Shown here one piece after another: positions 9,482-18,364 of a stretch of DNA of 64,000 nucleotides. How positions within the stretch are numbered: the first letter of the stretch is position 1; every line of letters begins with the position of its first letter. Source of the stretch: an uncultured Planctomycetota bacterium (GTDB lineage: Bacteria; Planctomycetota; PLA2; JAEUHO01). The stretch spans positions 1,120,001 to 1,184,000 of the forward strand of contig CAVVXN010000005.1 of NCBI GenBank assembly GCA_963752285.1, given 5' to 3'. The position numbers and the translations under genes were made by a program. Under the pieces are notes generated by a model, which saw nothing but the letters and a program-made list of their open reading frames with translations, searched no databases and had not been told where the DNA came from.

Positions 9482-10717
9482 ATGCCCGTCTACAACTACA
9501 AGGGCCTGACGCGCGCCGGCGAGGGGAAGACCGGCATCATCGACGCCGACTCGCCGCGTGAGGCGCGGCTCAAGCTGCGGAGCCAGAACCTCCTCGTCAC
9601 CGACCTCTCCCCGCGGGCGCAGAGCGTGCGCCGCGACCGCCAGCGCGCGAAGCTCCTCGACTTCAAGCGCGCGCCGAAGGGCAAGGGCGAGGTGCCGATG
9701 TACACGCGGCAGCTCGCGACGCTCCTCAAGGCCGGTATCCCGCTGGCGCAGTCCATGGCGGCGCTGATCGAGCAGTGCTCCGTCGCCGACCTCGAGGCGG
9801 CGTTCCGCGACGTCCGCGAGAAGCTGACGCAGGGCCTCTCGTTCGCCGAGGCCCTCGCCTACCACCCCCACTACTTCACCGACCTCTACGTGAACATGGT
9901 CAAGGCGGGCGAGGCGAGCGGCAGCCTCGACCTCGTCCTCGACCGGCTGGCCGACTACCTGCAGCGCCAGGCCCAGATCAAGAACAAGATCGTCGCGGCC
10001 CTCGCCTACCCGATGGTCATGATCGGCGTCGGCGTGCTGATCGTGATCATCCTGATGACGTGGGTGGTCCCGAAGGTCATGCAGGTCGTGCAGCAGTCCG
10101 GGCAGCAGATCCCGGCCATGACGATGGCCCTGAAGGGCATGGCCGACTTCCTCGGCGCCTACTGGTACGTACTCGGGTTCGGTGTGGTGGCCATCATGCT
10201 GACCCACCGCCGCCTCAGCCGCCGCGCCGAGTACCGGTACCGGGTGGACCGCGCGAAGCTGGCCCTCCCCGTCCTCGGCGAGCTCTTCAAGAAGGCGGCC
10301 GTGAGCCGGTTCGCGGTCTCCATGAGCACGCTCCTGAAGAGCGGCGTGCCCGTGCTCGAGGCCCTGAAGATCGTGAAGGACATCGTCAACAACGCGGTCC
10401 TCGCCCGGGTCCTCGAGGAGGTCCACAAGCGGATCATCGAGGGCACGGACATCGCCACGCCCATCAAGCGATCCGGCGTGTTCCCGCCCGTGGTCGGCTA
10501 CATGATCGCGGTCGGGGAACAGTCCGGTCAGCTGGAAGAGATGCTCGACCGCGTGGCCGAGGCGTACGACGAGGAGGTCGCCGTCCAGACCCAGAAGGTC
10601 ACGAGCCTCCTCGAGCCGCTCCTGATCGTGGGGATGGCGATGGTGGTGGGCTTCATCGTCATCTCCGTCATGCTCCCCATTCTCAAGATCTCGGACATCC
10701 GGAACATCCGCCGCTGA
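9482..10717 (+). CDS. gspF: type II secretion inner-membrane platform protein GspF/PilC
   Basis: TRQLATLLKAGIPL, AGEASGSL, ALAYP, VGEQSGQL and LLEPLLIV. Confidence 0.95.
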   Translation: MPVYNYKGLTRAGEGKTGIIDADSPREARLKLRSQNLLVTDLSPRAQSVRRDRQRAKLLDFKRAPKGKGEVPMYTRQLATLLKAGIPLAQSMAALIEQCSVADLEAAFRDVREKLTQGLSFAEALAYHPHYFTDLYVNMVKAGEASGSLDLVLDRLADYLQRQAQIKNKIVAALAYPMVMIGVGVLIVIILMTWVVPKVMQVVQQSGQQIPAMTMALKGMADFLGAYWYVLGFGVVAIMLTHRRLSRRAEYRYRVDRAKLALPVLGELFKKAAVSRFAVSMSTLLKSGVPVLEALKIVKDIVNNAVLARVLEEVHKRIIEGTDIATPIKRSGVFPPVVGYMIAVGEQSGQLEEMLDRVAEAYDEEVAVQTQKVTSLLEPLLIVGMAMVVGFIVISVMLPILKISDIRNIRR

Positions 10718-10884
10718 CCCGGGTACGCACGTCCGGCCGGGGGACGACCCGCCGCGCTCCCCGCCTGCCGCCGCCCGGGCGGCCTCCGCCCCCCCGACCC
10801 GGGGCCGGGGACTACCGGTAGGATGCAGGGTCGTCGTTCGATCCGGCGTCCAAAGGACGACGTCGGCCCCGCCGGAGGTTTGCC

Positions 10885-11313
10885 ATGTCCCCGCGCCGCT
10901 CGCTACGTGGATCCCGTCCCCTCCGAGACTCCGCCGCTCGCGGCTTCACGCTGGTGGAGCTGATGGTCGTGATCGTGATCCTCGGAAGCCTGATCGCCAT
11001 CGTCGGCCCCCGGGTCTTCCACGCCATCGCCGAGAGTGACAACAGCATCGCCGAGCAGCAGATGCACAACTTCGCGCAGTCGCTCGACATGTACTACATC
11101 AAGCACCGCAAGATGCCGAACACGCTCGACGCCCTGACCGAGGAGGATCCCCAGACCGGCGAGCCCCTCATCGAGAAGATCCCGAACGATCCCTGGGGGA
11201 ACCCCTACCAGTACCACCTCGAGGGTGCGAAGAAGTACAAGATCGTCAGCATGGGCGAGGACGGCCAGGAAGGCACGCAAGACGACATCACCTGGCCGAA
11301 GATCGACGAGTAG
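10885..11313 (+). CDS. gspG: major pseudopilin GspG-like
   Basis: Prepilin G/FTLVELMVV and PNDPWGNPYQY...SMGEDGQEGT motif; GGAGG RBS. Confidence 0.85.
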   Translation: MSPRRSLRGSRPLRDSAARGFTLVELMVVIVILGSLIAIVGPRVFHAIAESDNSIAEQQMHNFAQSLDMYYIKHRKMPNTLDALTEEDPQTGEPLIEKIPNDPWGNPYQYHLEGAKKYKIVSMGEDGQEGTQDDITWPKIDE

Positions 11314-11326
11314 CGGCACGACTCCG

Positions 11327-11989
11327 ATGCGCGCCGGTCGCGGGTTCACCCTGATCGAGCTGATGGTCGTCGTGACCATCCTCGCGACGGCGCTCCTCCT
11401 GGTCCCGCCGAACCTGTACGCGTTCGGCGCGCGCTCCCGCCTCGAGAACGTGGGGAACACCCTCGTCGCCGTGATCGGCGCGGCCCGCGCGCAGGCCATC
11501 CTCGACGGGTACCCCGTCTATCTCGAGTTCGGGAGCTTCAAGGACGACGACGGGAAGGAGCAGCAGGGCTACCGCTGGATCATCACGAGCCAGCCCGCCC
11601 AGCGCTCGGACGAGCTCCTCGGCGCCGAGCGGGCGCGCGACCCCAAGACGGCCGACCAGGAAGACCCGCAGGACCGCAAGTCCAAGGAACGGGAGTGGCT
11701 CGCGACCGAGTGGAACCCCTTCACGCGCGGCGTGAAGCTCGTGGGATTCAGCGAGAAGGGCGACAACTGGCAGCGGGTCCGCGACGACCGCCCCTATCGC
11801 GTAGGCTTCTCTCCCGACGGCGCCGTCGAGAAGTGGTTCGCCATTCGCGTAATGAGCGAGGACCTCGACGTTCGCGAGGAGGACCGCAGCCTGACCGTGG
11901 TGGTGAACGGCCTGACCGGCGAGGCGGCCAGCTACGACGGCTACCGCGAAGTCCCCCCCCAACGCGACGAGCACGACTTTGTCCGGTAA
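11327..11989 (+). CDS. minor pseudopilin (GspH-like)
   Basis: MRAGRG/FTLIELMVVV N-methylation motif; ARAQAI helix; position after gspG. Confidence 0.8.
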   Translation: MRAGRGFTLIELMVVVTILATALLLVPPNLYAFGARSRLENVGNTLVAVIGAARAQAILDGYPVYLEFGSFKDDDGKEQQGYRWIITSQPAQRSDELLGAERARDPKTADQEDPQDRKSKEREWLATEWNPFTRGVKLVGFSEKGDNWQRVRDDRPYRVGFSPDGAVEKWFAIRVMSEDLDVREEDRSLTVVVNGLTGEAASYDGYREVPPQRDEHDFVR

Positions 11990-12719
11990 CGAACCCTTCT
12001 CCGCCCTCGCCACCGTCCGACGCGCGGAGCGGCCGGACGGCCTGGCCGTGACGACGACGACGGGTGCGAATGCACGCACAGAGGGGGACGGGCCGCGAGC
12101 GGGCCGCTTTGCGCGCCAGCAGGCCGGCTTCACGCTCCTCGAGGTGATGTGCGCCTTCGCGATCCTGGCCGCCGTGACCGGCTTCCTGACCAAGATCTTC
12201 GTGGAGAGCGTGGACCGCGCGTCCGACGCGCTCGCGCTCCGAGAGCTCCGCGAGGCGGCCGACACGATCTTCCGCAAGATCATCTACGAGAACCAGACGT
12301 ACGACGACGGCACGACCCGCGGCCTCGACCAGGAGTACGGCGACTTCGCTCGGCTCCCCGGCTGGCAGAAGGACCGCTGGGCCATCTACACGATGACCCT
12401 CGAGAAGAAGGAGGAGACGGTCGTCGGGCGCACCGACGACGGCGAGCAGAGCGTGTTCGACGAGGAGAGCTCCTCCTACGCCGACGACGTTTCCGGACAC
12501 TCGTCCTCGTCCCACGCCTCCTCCAGCTCCTCCTCGTCGAGCTCCTCCTCGTCGAGCTCCTCCTCTTCGAGCACCTCCGGCGGCGACGCCGGGACCACGG
12601 GCCGGAAGCTCACGCGCCTCACGCTCAAGATCTACCGTACGGGCGAGAGCCCGGACGACCCCCTCTTCGTGCTCACGACCCGGATCGACACGAAGAAGGG
12701 AGAGACGACCACCAAATGA
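11979..12719 (+). CDS. minor pseudopilin (GspI-like) with poly-Ser insert
   Basis: QQAG/FTLLEVMCAFAIL prepilin motif; start codon uncertain. Confidence 0.75.
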   Translation: MSGNEPFSALATVRRAERPDGLAVTTTTGANARTEGDGPRAGRFARQQAGFTLLEVMCAFAILAAVTGFLTKIFVESVDRASDALALRELREAADTIFRKIIYENQTYDDGTTRGLDQEYGDFARLPGWQKDRWAIYTMTLEKKEETVVGRTDDGEQSVFDEESSSYADDVSGHSSSSHASSSSSSSSSSSSSSSSSSTSGGDAGTTGRKLTRLTLKIYRTGESPDDPLFVLTTRIDTKKGETTTK

Positions 12720-13468
12720 GGCGTCTTCGGCGAGGCTTCACGCTGCTCGAGGTCATGGTGTCGCTCACCGTGATGGCCGTGGTAGTGATGTTCATCTACC
12801 AGGTTTTGCAGAACTCCGTTCGCGGCCAGGACATGGTCCGCGAGGGCCTGCGCACACCGAAGATCCAGAACGCCATCCTCGGACAGATCTTCCGCGACTT
12901 CCGGTACATCTACTGGGACGGGTTCACGGGCAACACGGGGTTCGTCGGTCGGAGCCGGGAGGCGGGCGGCAAGGAGGCCGACGCGGTGGACTTCGTCACG
13001 TGCCGTCCCAGCCGGACGGCGCACCTCGAGGACGAGACGGCCCGCGACAACATGCCGAGCCCCATCACGGAGGTCGGCTACGCGTGCCGGGTGAACGACG
13101 AGAACCCGGACTACCTCGAGCTCTGGCGGCGCGAGGACTGGTTCGTGGACGACGACCCGGTCCGGGGTGGGAAGTACACGCTGATCTACGACCGGATCCG
13201 CCGGTTCAGCCTGCTCTACTTCCCGATCCCCGAGGAGAACGTGGACGCGAAGGGGCTCGAGGAGTGGGACTCGCGCGCCAAGGGGAAGCTCCCCTACGCG
13301 ATCGTGCTCGAGATCGAGTTCGACGTGGACGATCCGGCGGCCAAGTCCGCGAAGACCGACGACACGACGGAGCGGATCACGCGCATCATCATCCTGAAGA
13401 ACGCGTACAACGTCGCGCCGGCCACGCCGCCCGGACAGGGGCAGGGGAACACGCCGCGGAGCAGCTGA
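12716..13468 (+). CDS. minor pseudopilin (GspJ-like)
   Basis: MRRLRRG/FTLLEVMVSL; EVGY..LWRRE and WDS..KLPYAI motifs; ATGA overlap with the previous gene. Confidence 0.8.
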   Translation: MRRLRRGFTLLEVMVSLTVMAVVVMFIYQVLQNSVRGQDMVREGLRTPKIQNAILGQIFRDFRYIYWDGFTGNTGFVGRSREAGGKEADAVDFVTCRPSRTAHLEDETARDNMPSPITEVGYACRVNDENPDYLELWRREDWFVDDDPVRGGKYTLIYDRIRRFSLLYFPIPEENVDAKGLEEWDSRAKGKLPYAIVLEIEFDVDDPAAKSAKTDDTTERITRIIILKNAYNVAPATPPGQGQGNTPRSS

Positions 13469-13495
13469 GCGCCCGGCGCGGCCCGGCCGCGTCGC

Positions 13496-14785
13496 TCAGC
13501 CCCTCGGGCGGAGGACCTCCGTGCCGCCGAGATACGGGCGGAGCGCCTGGGGGACCCGCACGCTCCCGTCCTCCTGCTGGTGGACCTCGAGGAGCGGAAT
13601 CAGGATCCGGGGCGTCGCCACGACGGTGTTGTTGAGCGTGTGGCAGTGGCGGACGCGTCCCTCGGCGTCGCGGTACCGGAGGTCGAGCCGCCGGGCCTGG
13701 TACTCGTAGAACCGGCTCGCGGTGTGGGTCTCGCCGTACGCGCCGCGCGACGGCATCCACGCCTCCAGGTCGTACTTGAACGCCGCGGCCCGCCCGATGT
13801 CGCCCGTGGCGGTCGCGGTGACCCGGTACGGCAGCTCGAGCGCCCGAAGCACCTCCTCGGCGTTCTGGACGATCGCCTCGTGGTGTGCGCGGCTCCTCTC
13901 CACGTCGGCCACGTCCACGATCACCTGCTCGACCTTGTTGAACTGGTGGACCCGGTAGACGCCCCGCGTGTCCTTCCCGTACGTCCCCGCCTCGCGGCGG
14001 AAGCACGGCGAGAACCCCGCGTAGCGCCGCGGAAGGGCCGCCTCCTCGAGGATCTCACCCGAGTGGAACGCGGTGACGCTCACCTCGCTGGTCCCCGCGA
14101 GCCACATCTCGTCGTCCTCGGAGGTGGGGTTCGCGATGCGGTACGTCTGCTCCTCGGCCCCGGGGAAGTACGCGGTGCCCCGGAGCGCCCACGCCTTCAC
14201 GATCACGGGGACGGAGAGCGGCGTGAACCCCTTGGCCGAGATGGAGTCGAGCGCGAGGCGAAGGACGGCCTGCTCCAGGCGCATGACGTCGCCCATCAGC
14301 ACGTAGGACCGGCTCCCCGCGAGGCGCCCCGCGCGCTCGATGTCCACACCGTCGAGCCCCTGGAGGAGCACCACGTGGTCCTTCGGCTCGAAGGAGAACG
14401 CGGGGGCCTCCCCCCACCGCCGGACCTCGACGCTGGCGGTCTCGTCGGGTCCGTCCGGCGCGTCGTCGTCGGGCGGGTTCGGGACCTCGAGGAGGAGGCG
14501 GTCGATCCGCTCCTGGATCGGCTTGAGCGCGGCGTCCCTCTCCTGGACGTCGGCCTTCAGCTGCTTCAGGCGCTCGAGCACGCGCTCCCGCGACGGGCCC
14601 GAGACGGTGCGGACCTGCTGGCCGAGCGCCTTCTGCTCGGCACGCGCGTCCTCGAGGAGCCGGATCCGCTGGCGCCGGTCGCGGTCGAGCTCGAGGAGCA
14701 GGTCCACGTCGAAGGGGATCCGCTTCCGCTCTGCGCCGCGGCGGACCTCGTCGGGGTGCTCCCGGATCCAGGCGAGGTCAAGCAC
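13496..14785 (-). CDS. serS: serine--tRNA ligase
   Basis: MLDLAWIRE, LAGTSEV, CFRREAGTYGKDTRGVYRVHQFNKVEQ, HTLNNT. Confidence 0.97.
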   Translation of the reverse strand: MLDLAWIREHPDEVRRGAERKRIPFDVDLLLELDRDRRQRIRLLEDARAEQKALGQQVRTVSGPSRERVLERLKQLKADVQERDAALKPIQERIDRLLLEVPNPPDDDAPDGPDETASVEVRRWGEAPAFSFEPKDHVVLLQGLDGVDIERAGRLAGSRSYVLMGDVMRLEQAVLRLALDSISAKGFTPLSVPVIVKAWALRGTAYFPGAEEQTYRIANPTSEDDEMWLAGTSEVSVTAFHSGEILEEAALPRRYAGFSPCFRREAGTYGKDTRGVYRVHQFNKVEQVIVDVADVERSRAHHEAIVQNAEEVLRALELPYRVTATATGDIGRAAAFKYDLEAWMPSRGAYGETHTASRFYEYQARRLDLRYRDAEGRVRHCHTLNNTVVATPRILIPLLEVHQQEDGSVRVPQALRPYLGGTEVLRPRG

Positions 14786-15560
14786 GGGACACCCCGGTCG
14801 GGCGGAGGTCCTCGGCCTCGAGCGCGGCGGCGTAGCGGGCGAGCCCCGCCTCTTCGCGCGGGCCGATCGGGTACGTCACGTTCTCCCGGACGTAGCGCGC
14901 CGCCACCTCCGGGTCCTCGCCGCGTTCGGTGGCCCACGCGCGCGCGAGGGCCTCGCGGCGTGCGATCCCCGAGCGGGCCGCCGCGTCCAGGCGCGTGGCG
15001 AGCGCCTCGCGCTCGTCCGCGGCGAGCCCGGGGCGCGCGGTCCACCGCGCGTACACGAACGGGAGCCCCGTCCGCTCCCGCCAGGCGAGGCCGAGGTCCA
15101 CGACCTCCCCCGGCCACGGGAGGTCGCGGTAGCGAAGGGCCGGGTCGCCGATCACGAGGACCGCGTCGGCGACCTCCGTCCGCGGGTCGGCGCCGGGCCG
15201 CGCGCCGGCGCGGAACCGTACGTCCGGCCCGGCCGCGCCGAGGACGACGTGCCGCGCGAGTCCGGCGCTGGTGCGGCTCGCAGGATCGAGCGCGACCGTC
15301 CGGACGCGCGCGAGGGGCACGCGCAGGAAGAGGAGGACGCTCGCGACGGGCCCGTCGCTCACGATGCCGTGGCGGCCGAGGTAGCAAAGCCCCCGGCCCC
15401 GGATCGCCTCGGCGACGGGCAGCAACGCCGCGTCGATCTCGCCCGCGACGAGCCGCGGCGCGAGACGGGAGGGCACGTCCACGAGGCGTTCCACGTCCGA
15501 CGGGAGGTCCGCGACGAGCGGGAGCGCGTTCAAGTAGGGGACGATGCCGACCAGGACCAT
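14778..15560 (-). CDS. mqnA: chorismate dehydratase MqnA (futalosine menaquinone pathway)
   Basis: VPYLNALPL, GPVASVLLF, SRTS, LVIGDPAL, DLGLAWRERTGLPFVYARW. Confidence 0.88.
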   Translation of the reverse strand: MVLVGIVPYLNALPLVADLPSDVERLVDVPSRLAPRLVAGEIDAALLPVAEAIRGRGLCYLGRHGIVSDGPVASVLLFLRVPLARVRTVALDPASRTSAGLARHVVLGAAGPDVRFRAGARPGADPRTEVADAVLVIGDPALRYRDLPWPGEVVDLGLAWRERTGLPFVYARWTARPGLAADEREALATRLDAAARSGIARREALARAWATERGEDPEVAARYVRENVTYPIGPREEAGLARYAAALEAEDLRPTGVSRA

Positions 15561-15730
15561 GGCGTCGCGGGACCGTATCCCCGGCGGGGGGCGGGGTCCA
15601 CTCCCGGGCGAGGCGCGCCGGAGGTCCCGCCGGGCCGGGTCTCTACGACGCCGCCCGCCCTCCGCGCGGCGGGGGGCGGGCGGCGCGAGACCGGACCCGA
15701 GGCGCCCGGACGACGCCTCGGAGGATCCGC

Positions 15731-15991
15731 TCAGTATCCGACGACGCAGTCGCCGCGGTACGGATCGTGGATGTCGTAGTTGAAGAAGTACTCGTCGATG
15801 AACCGCTCGTTGCGCCGGGCGTCCGCGCCCCACTGGCGGAGCATCGCCTTCGTCTTCGTGTCGCACGCGCCCATGTGGCAGGAGTACGGACACCCGCCGA
15901 CGTCCTCGAGGACCGGCGCCGCGAAACGGCAACCGCCGAGGAGCGGGCTCCCCAGCATCAGAGCGAACACCAGGGCCAGGCGCTTCTGCAT
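15731..15991 (-). CDS. small Cys-containing putative lipoprotein (86 aa)
   Basis: GGAGG RBS; MQKR + hydrophobic stretch + LGGC lipobox; protein-like composition (FIDEYFFNYDIHDPY). Confidence 0.7.
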   Translation of the reverse strand: MQKRLALVFALMLGSPLLGGCRFAAPVLEDVGGCPYSCHMGACDTKTKAMLRQWGADARRNERFIDEYFFNYDIHDPYRGDCVVGY

Positions 15992-16233
15992 GACCGAACC
16001 TCCCGCCCGCGGGCCTCGTCGGCCCGCCCTCGTCGCGCCACCTCGGGGGATGGCGACCGCTTGTCGCGCCATCCCTCCGATGGCGATGGCGCGTAGGTAC
16101 CAATGCGGCCGCGTCGGGTCAAGAGACTCTTCGCGTCCCGGCGGCACGCAAGTGCCCATCCCCCACGCGGTTACGCATTCATGACACGCCACGGACGTGA
16201 CCGCGACAAAGGGCCGTTCCGGACCGCGCTGCG

Positions 16234-17307
16234 TCAGCGCGCACCGTAGAGCCCGTGTGCGCGCACGTACGCGAGCACCGACGGCGAGACGAGGTCGCCG
16301 ACGCTCTCGCCGTTCTGGATCGCGGCGCGGACCCGGCTCGACGACACGTCCACGGCCGGCGCCGGGAGTCGCTCGATCACCACGCTCCGACCCTCGAGCT
16401 CGGGCGGCGGGTCGAGGTCGAAGCCGGGGCGGTCGGCCACGAGGAGCGTGACCATCTCGAGGATCCGACCGCAATCGTGCCAGGTGGGGAAGTCCTGGAA
16501 CATGTCCGCGCCGAGTACGAGGAGGAGGCGGGCGGACTCGGGCTGCGTACGCCGGACGACGTCGAGCGTGTCCACCGTGTAGGACGGGCCCGGGCGGCGT
16601 CCCTCGAGCGAGAGCACCTCCACGCGCCCCAGGCCCTCCACGCCGAGGCGGGCCATCTGCAGGCGGTGGTGGAAGGGCGTCGCCTCTTCCCTCCCGAGCT
16701 TGTGCGGGGGCTGGCCGGCGGGGACGACGAGCAGGCGGTCCGCGACCTTGAGGGCCGCCTCCGCGAGCACCCGGTGGCCCCGGTGGAAAGGGTCGAAGCT
16801 GCCCCCCAGGATCGCGACGCGCGGCCCTACCGGCTCCGGGGGGGCGCGCCGCGGGCGGGCGTGGAAGACCTCGAGGGCCAGCGCGAAGGCGAGCGCGAGG
16901 GAGAGGCCCGTCGCCGCCACGGGGAGGGGTCCGAAGCGGCAGAGGAGCGCGACGACGAGCGCCCCGGCCGAGGCGGCGAGGAGGACCGCGCGGGTCCCCA
17001 CCGGAAGCGGCGGGAGCCTCACGAGGAACGCCGACGCGACGAGCAGCCAGGCCAGGGCGTCCAGGACCGTCGCGACGGCCCCCGGAACCGTCGCGAGGAG
17101 CAACGCGAGGACGCCGGCGGCGAACACGACCGTCTCGCCCTGGCCTCTTCGGAGGCGGATCGGGAGGCAGAGGAGCGCGCCCCCCGCGCCGACCACGAGC
17201 GCGAGCCCGCCGACGAGTCCCCGGCCGGCGCTCACGTTCCACCCGAGGAGGAGGAGGCCCGAGAGCGCGAGCAGGAGGGGAACCCAGAGGTCGCTCTTCT
17301 CGCTCAA
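16234..17307 (-). CDS. nadD: nicotinate-nucleotide adenylyltransferase with N-terminal multi-TM extension
   Basis: ILGGSFDPFHRGH, PPHK, PSYTVDTL, LGAD..FPTWHD, VSSSRVR; GGAG RBS before TTG. Confidence 0.88.
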   Translation of the reverse strand: MSEKSDLWVPLLLALSGLLLLGWNVSAGRGLVGGLALVVGAGGALLCLPIRLRRGQGETVVFAAGVLALLLATVPGAVATVLDALAWLLVASAFLVRLPPLPVGTRAVLLAASAGALVVALLCRFGPLPVAATGLSLALAFALALEVFHARPRRAPPEPVGPRVAILGGSFDPFHRGHRVLAEAALKVADRLLVVPAGQPPHKLGREEATPFHHRLQMARLGVEGLGRVEVLSLEGRRPGPSYTVDTLDVVRRTQPESARLLLVLGADMFQDFPTWHDCGRILEMVTLLVADRPGFDLDPPPELEGRSVVIERLPAPAVDVSSSRVRAAIQNGESVGDLVSPSVLAYVRAHGLYGAR

Positions 17308-17371
17308 CGGCTCCTCCGGGGGCGGAGGGTATCACGCACGACCCCGCGCGGACCCGCGGTACGTTCGCGCC

Positions 17372-18364
17372 GTGCGAGCGCTTCGGCCGGTCCCCGTCCT
17401 CGTCGGTCCGACCGCCTCCGGGAAGACCGCGGTCGGGGTTCTCCTGGCCCGGCGAGTCGGCGCGGAGGTGATCGCGTGCGACGCGTACACCGTGTACCGC
17501 GGCCTCTCGATCTTGACGGCGGCACCCGACGCGGTACCCGACGTCCCGCACCACCTCGTCGGCGAGCGCGCCCCCGACCGGCCGTGGAACGCGGCCCTCT
17601 TCGTGGAGGCGGCCGACCGGCTCGTCGGGGAGATCGGGGCGCGCGGTCGGCGCCCGCTCGTGGTCGGCGGGACGGCGCTCTACCTGCGCGCGTTCCAGAA
17701 GGGCTTCGGCGCCGCGGTGCCGCGCGACGACCGGCTCCGCGCCGCGCTCCGGGAGATCGCCCAGCGCGAGGGCACGAAGGCGCTCCACGCCCGGCTCGCC
17801 CGCGCCGACCCAGCGCGCGCCCGCGAGGTCCACGAGAACGACGTGGTGCGCCTCGTCCGCGCCCTCGAGATCGTCGCGGCGACGGGCCGGCCGGCGAGCG
17901 CGCAACGCGGCGAGTGGTCGGGCCCCGACCGGCGGCGTCTCGCGATCGTCGGCCTGCGGCGCGAGCCCGCGGACCTCGAACGGCGGATCGAGGCGCGCAC
18001 GCGCGCGATGTTCGACGCGGGGGTGCGGAACGAGGTGGCGGCCCTCCGCCTCCACGCGGTGAGCCGCGAGGCGTCGCTGACGATCGGGCTCTCGGAGGTG
18101 GGCCGGCTCCTCGACGGCGAGATCGACGAGGCCGCGGCGATTCGGCTCGTCGTCAGGGCGACGCGACGGCTCGCGCGGAAGCAACGGACCTTCTTCGCCT
18201 CGTTCGAGGACGTCACGTGGCTCGACGTCGGGCCCGACGAGAGCCCCGCGTCGGTCGCGGACCGCGCGGAAGCGGCGCTACGCCGACAGGGTGCGCTCGA
18301 CGCGCCTGGCGAGCGCGCGGGACCCGACCCCGCCGCTCAGGCGGAGGGCGGGACGTCGGCGTAG
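17372..18364 (+). CDS. miaA: tRNA dimethylallyltransferase (divergent)
   Basis: VGPTASGKT, VPHHLV, VVGGTALY, RLVRALEI, TRRLARKQRTFF. Confidence 0.85.
   Translation: MRALRPVPVLVGPTASGKTAVGVLLARRVGAEVIACDAYTVYRGLSILTAAPDAVPDVPHHLVGERAPDRPWNAALFVEAADRLVGEIGARGRRPLVVGGTALYLRAFQKGFGAAVPRDDRLRAALREIAQREGTKALHARLARADPARAREVHENDVVRLVRALEIVAATGRPASAQRGEWSGPDRRRLAIVGLRREPADLERRIEARTRAMFDAGVRNEVAALRLHAVSREASLTIGLSEVGRLLDGEIDEAAAIRLVVRATRRLARKQRTFFASFEDVTWLDVGPDESPASVADRAEAALRRQGALDAPGERAGPDPAAQAEGGTSA

Noticed and set aside
5171..13468. Horizontal acquisition of the T2SS cluster (appears less GC-rich than its flanks)
   Set aside because: Third positions remain strongly G/C, so the difference reflects amino-acid composition; no mobility genes or flanking repeats.
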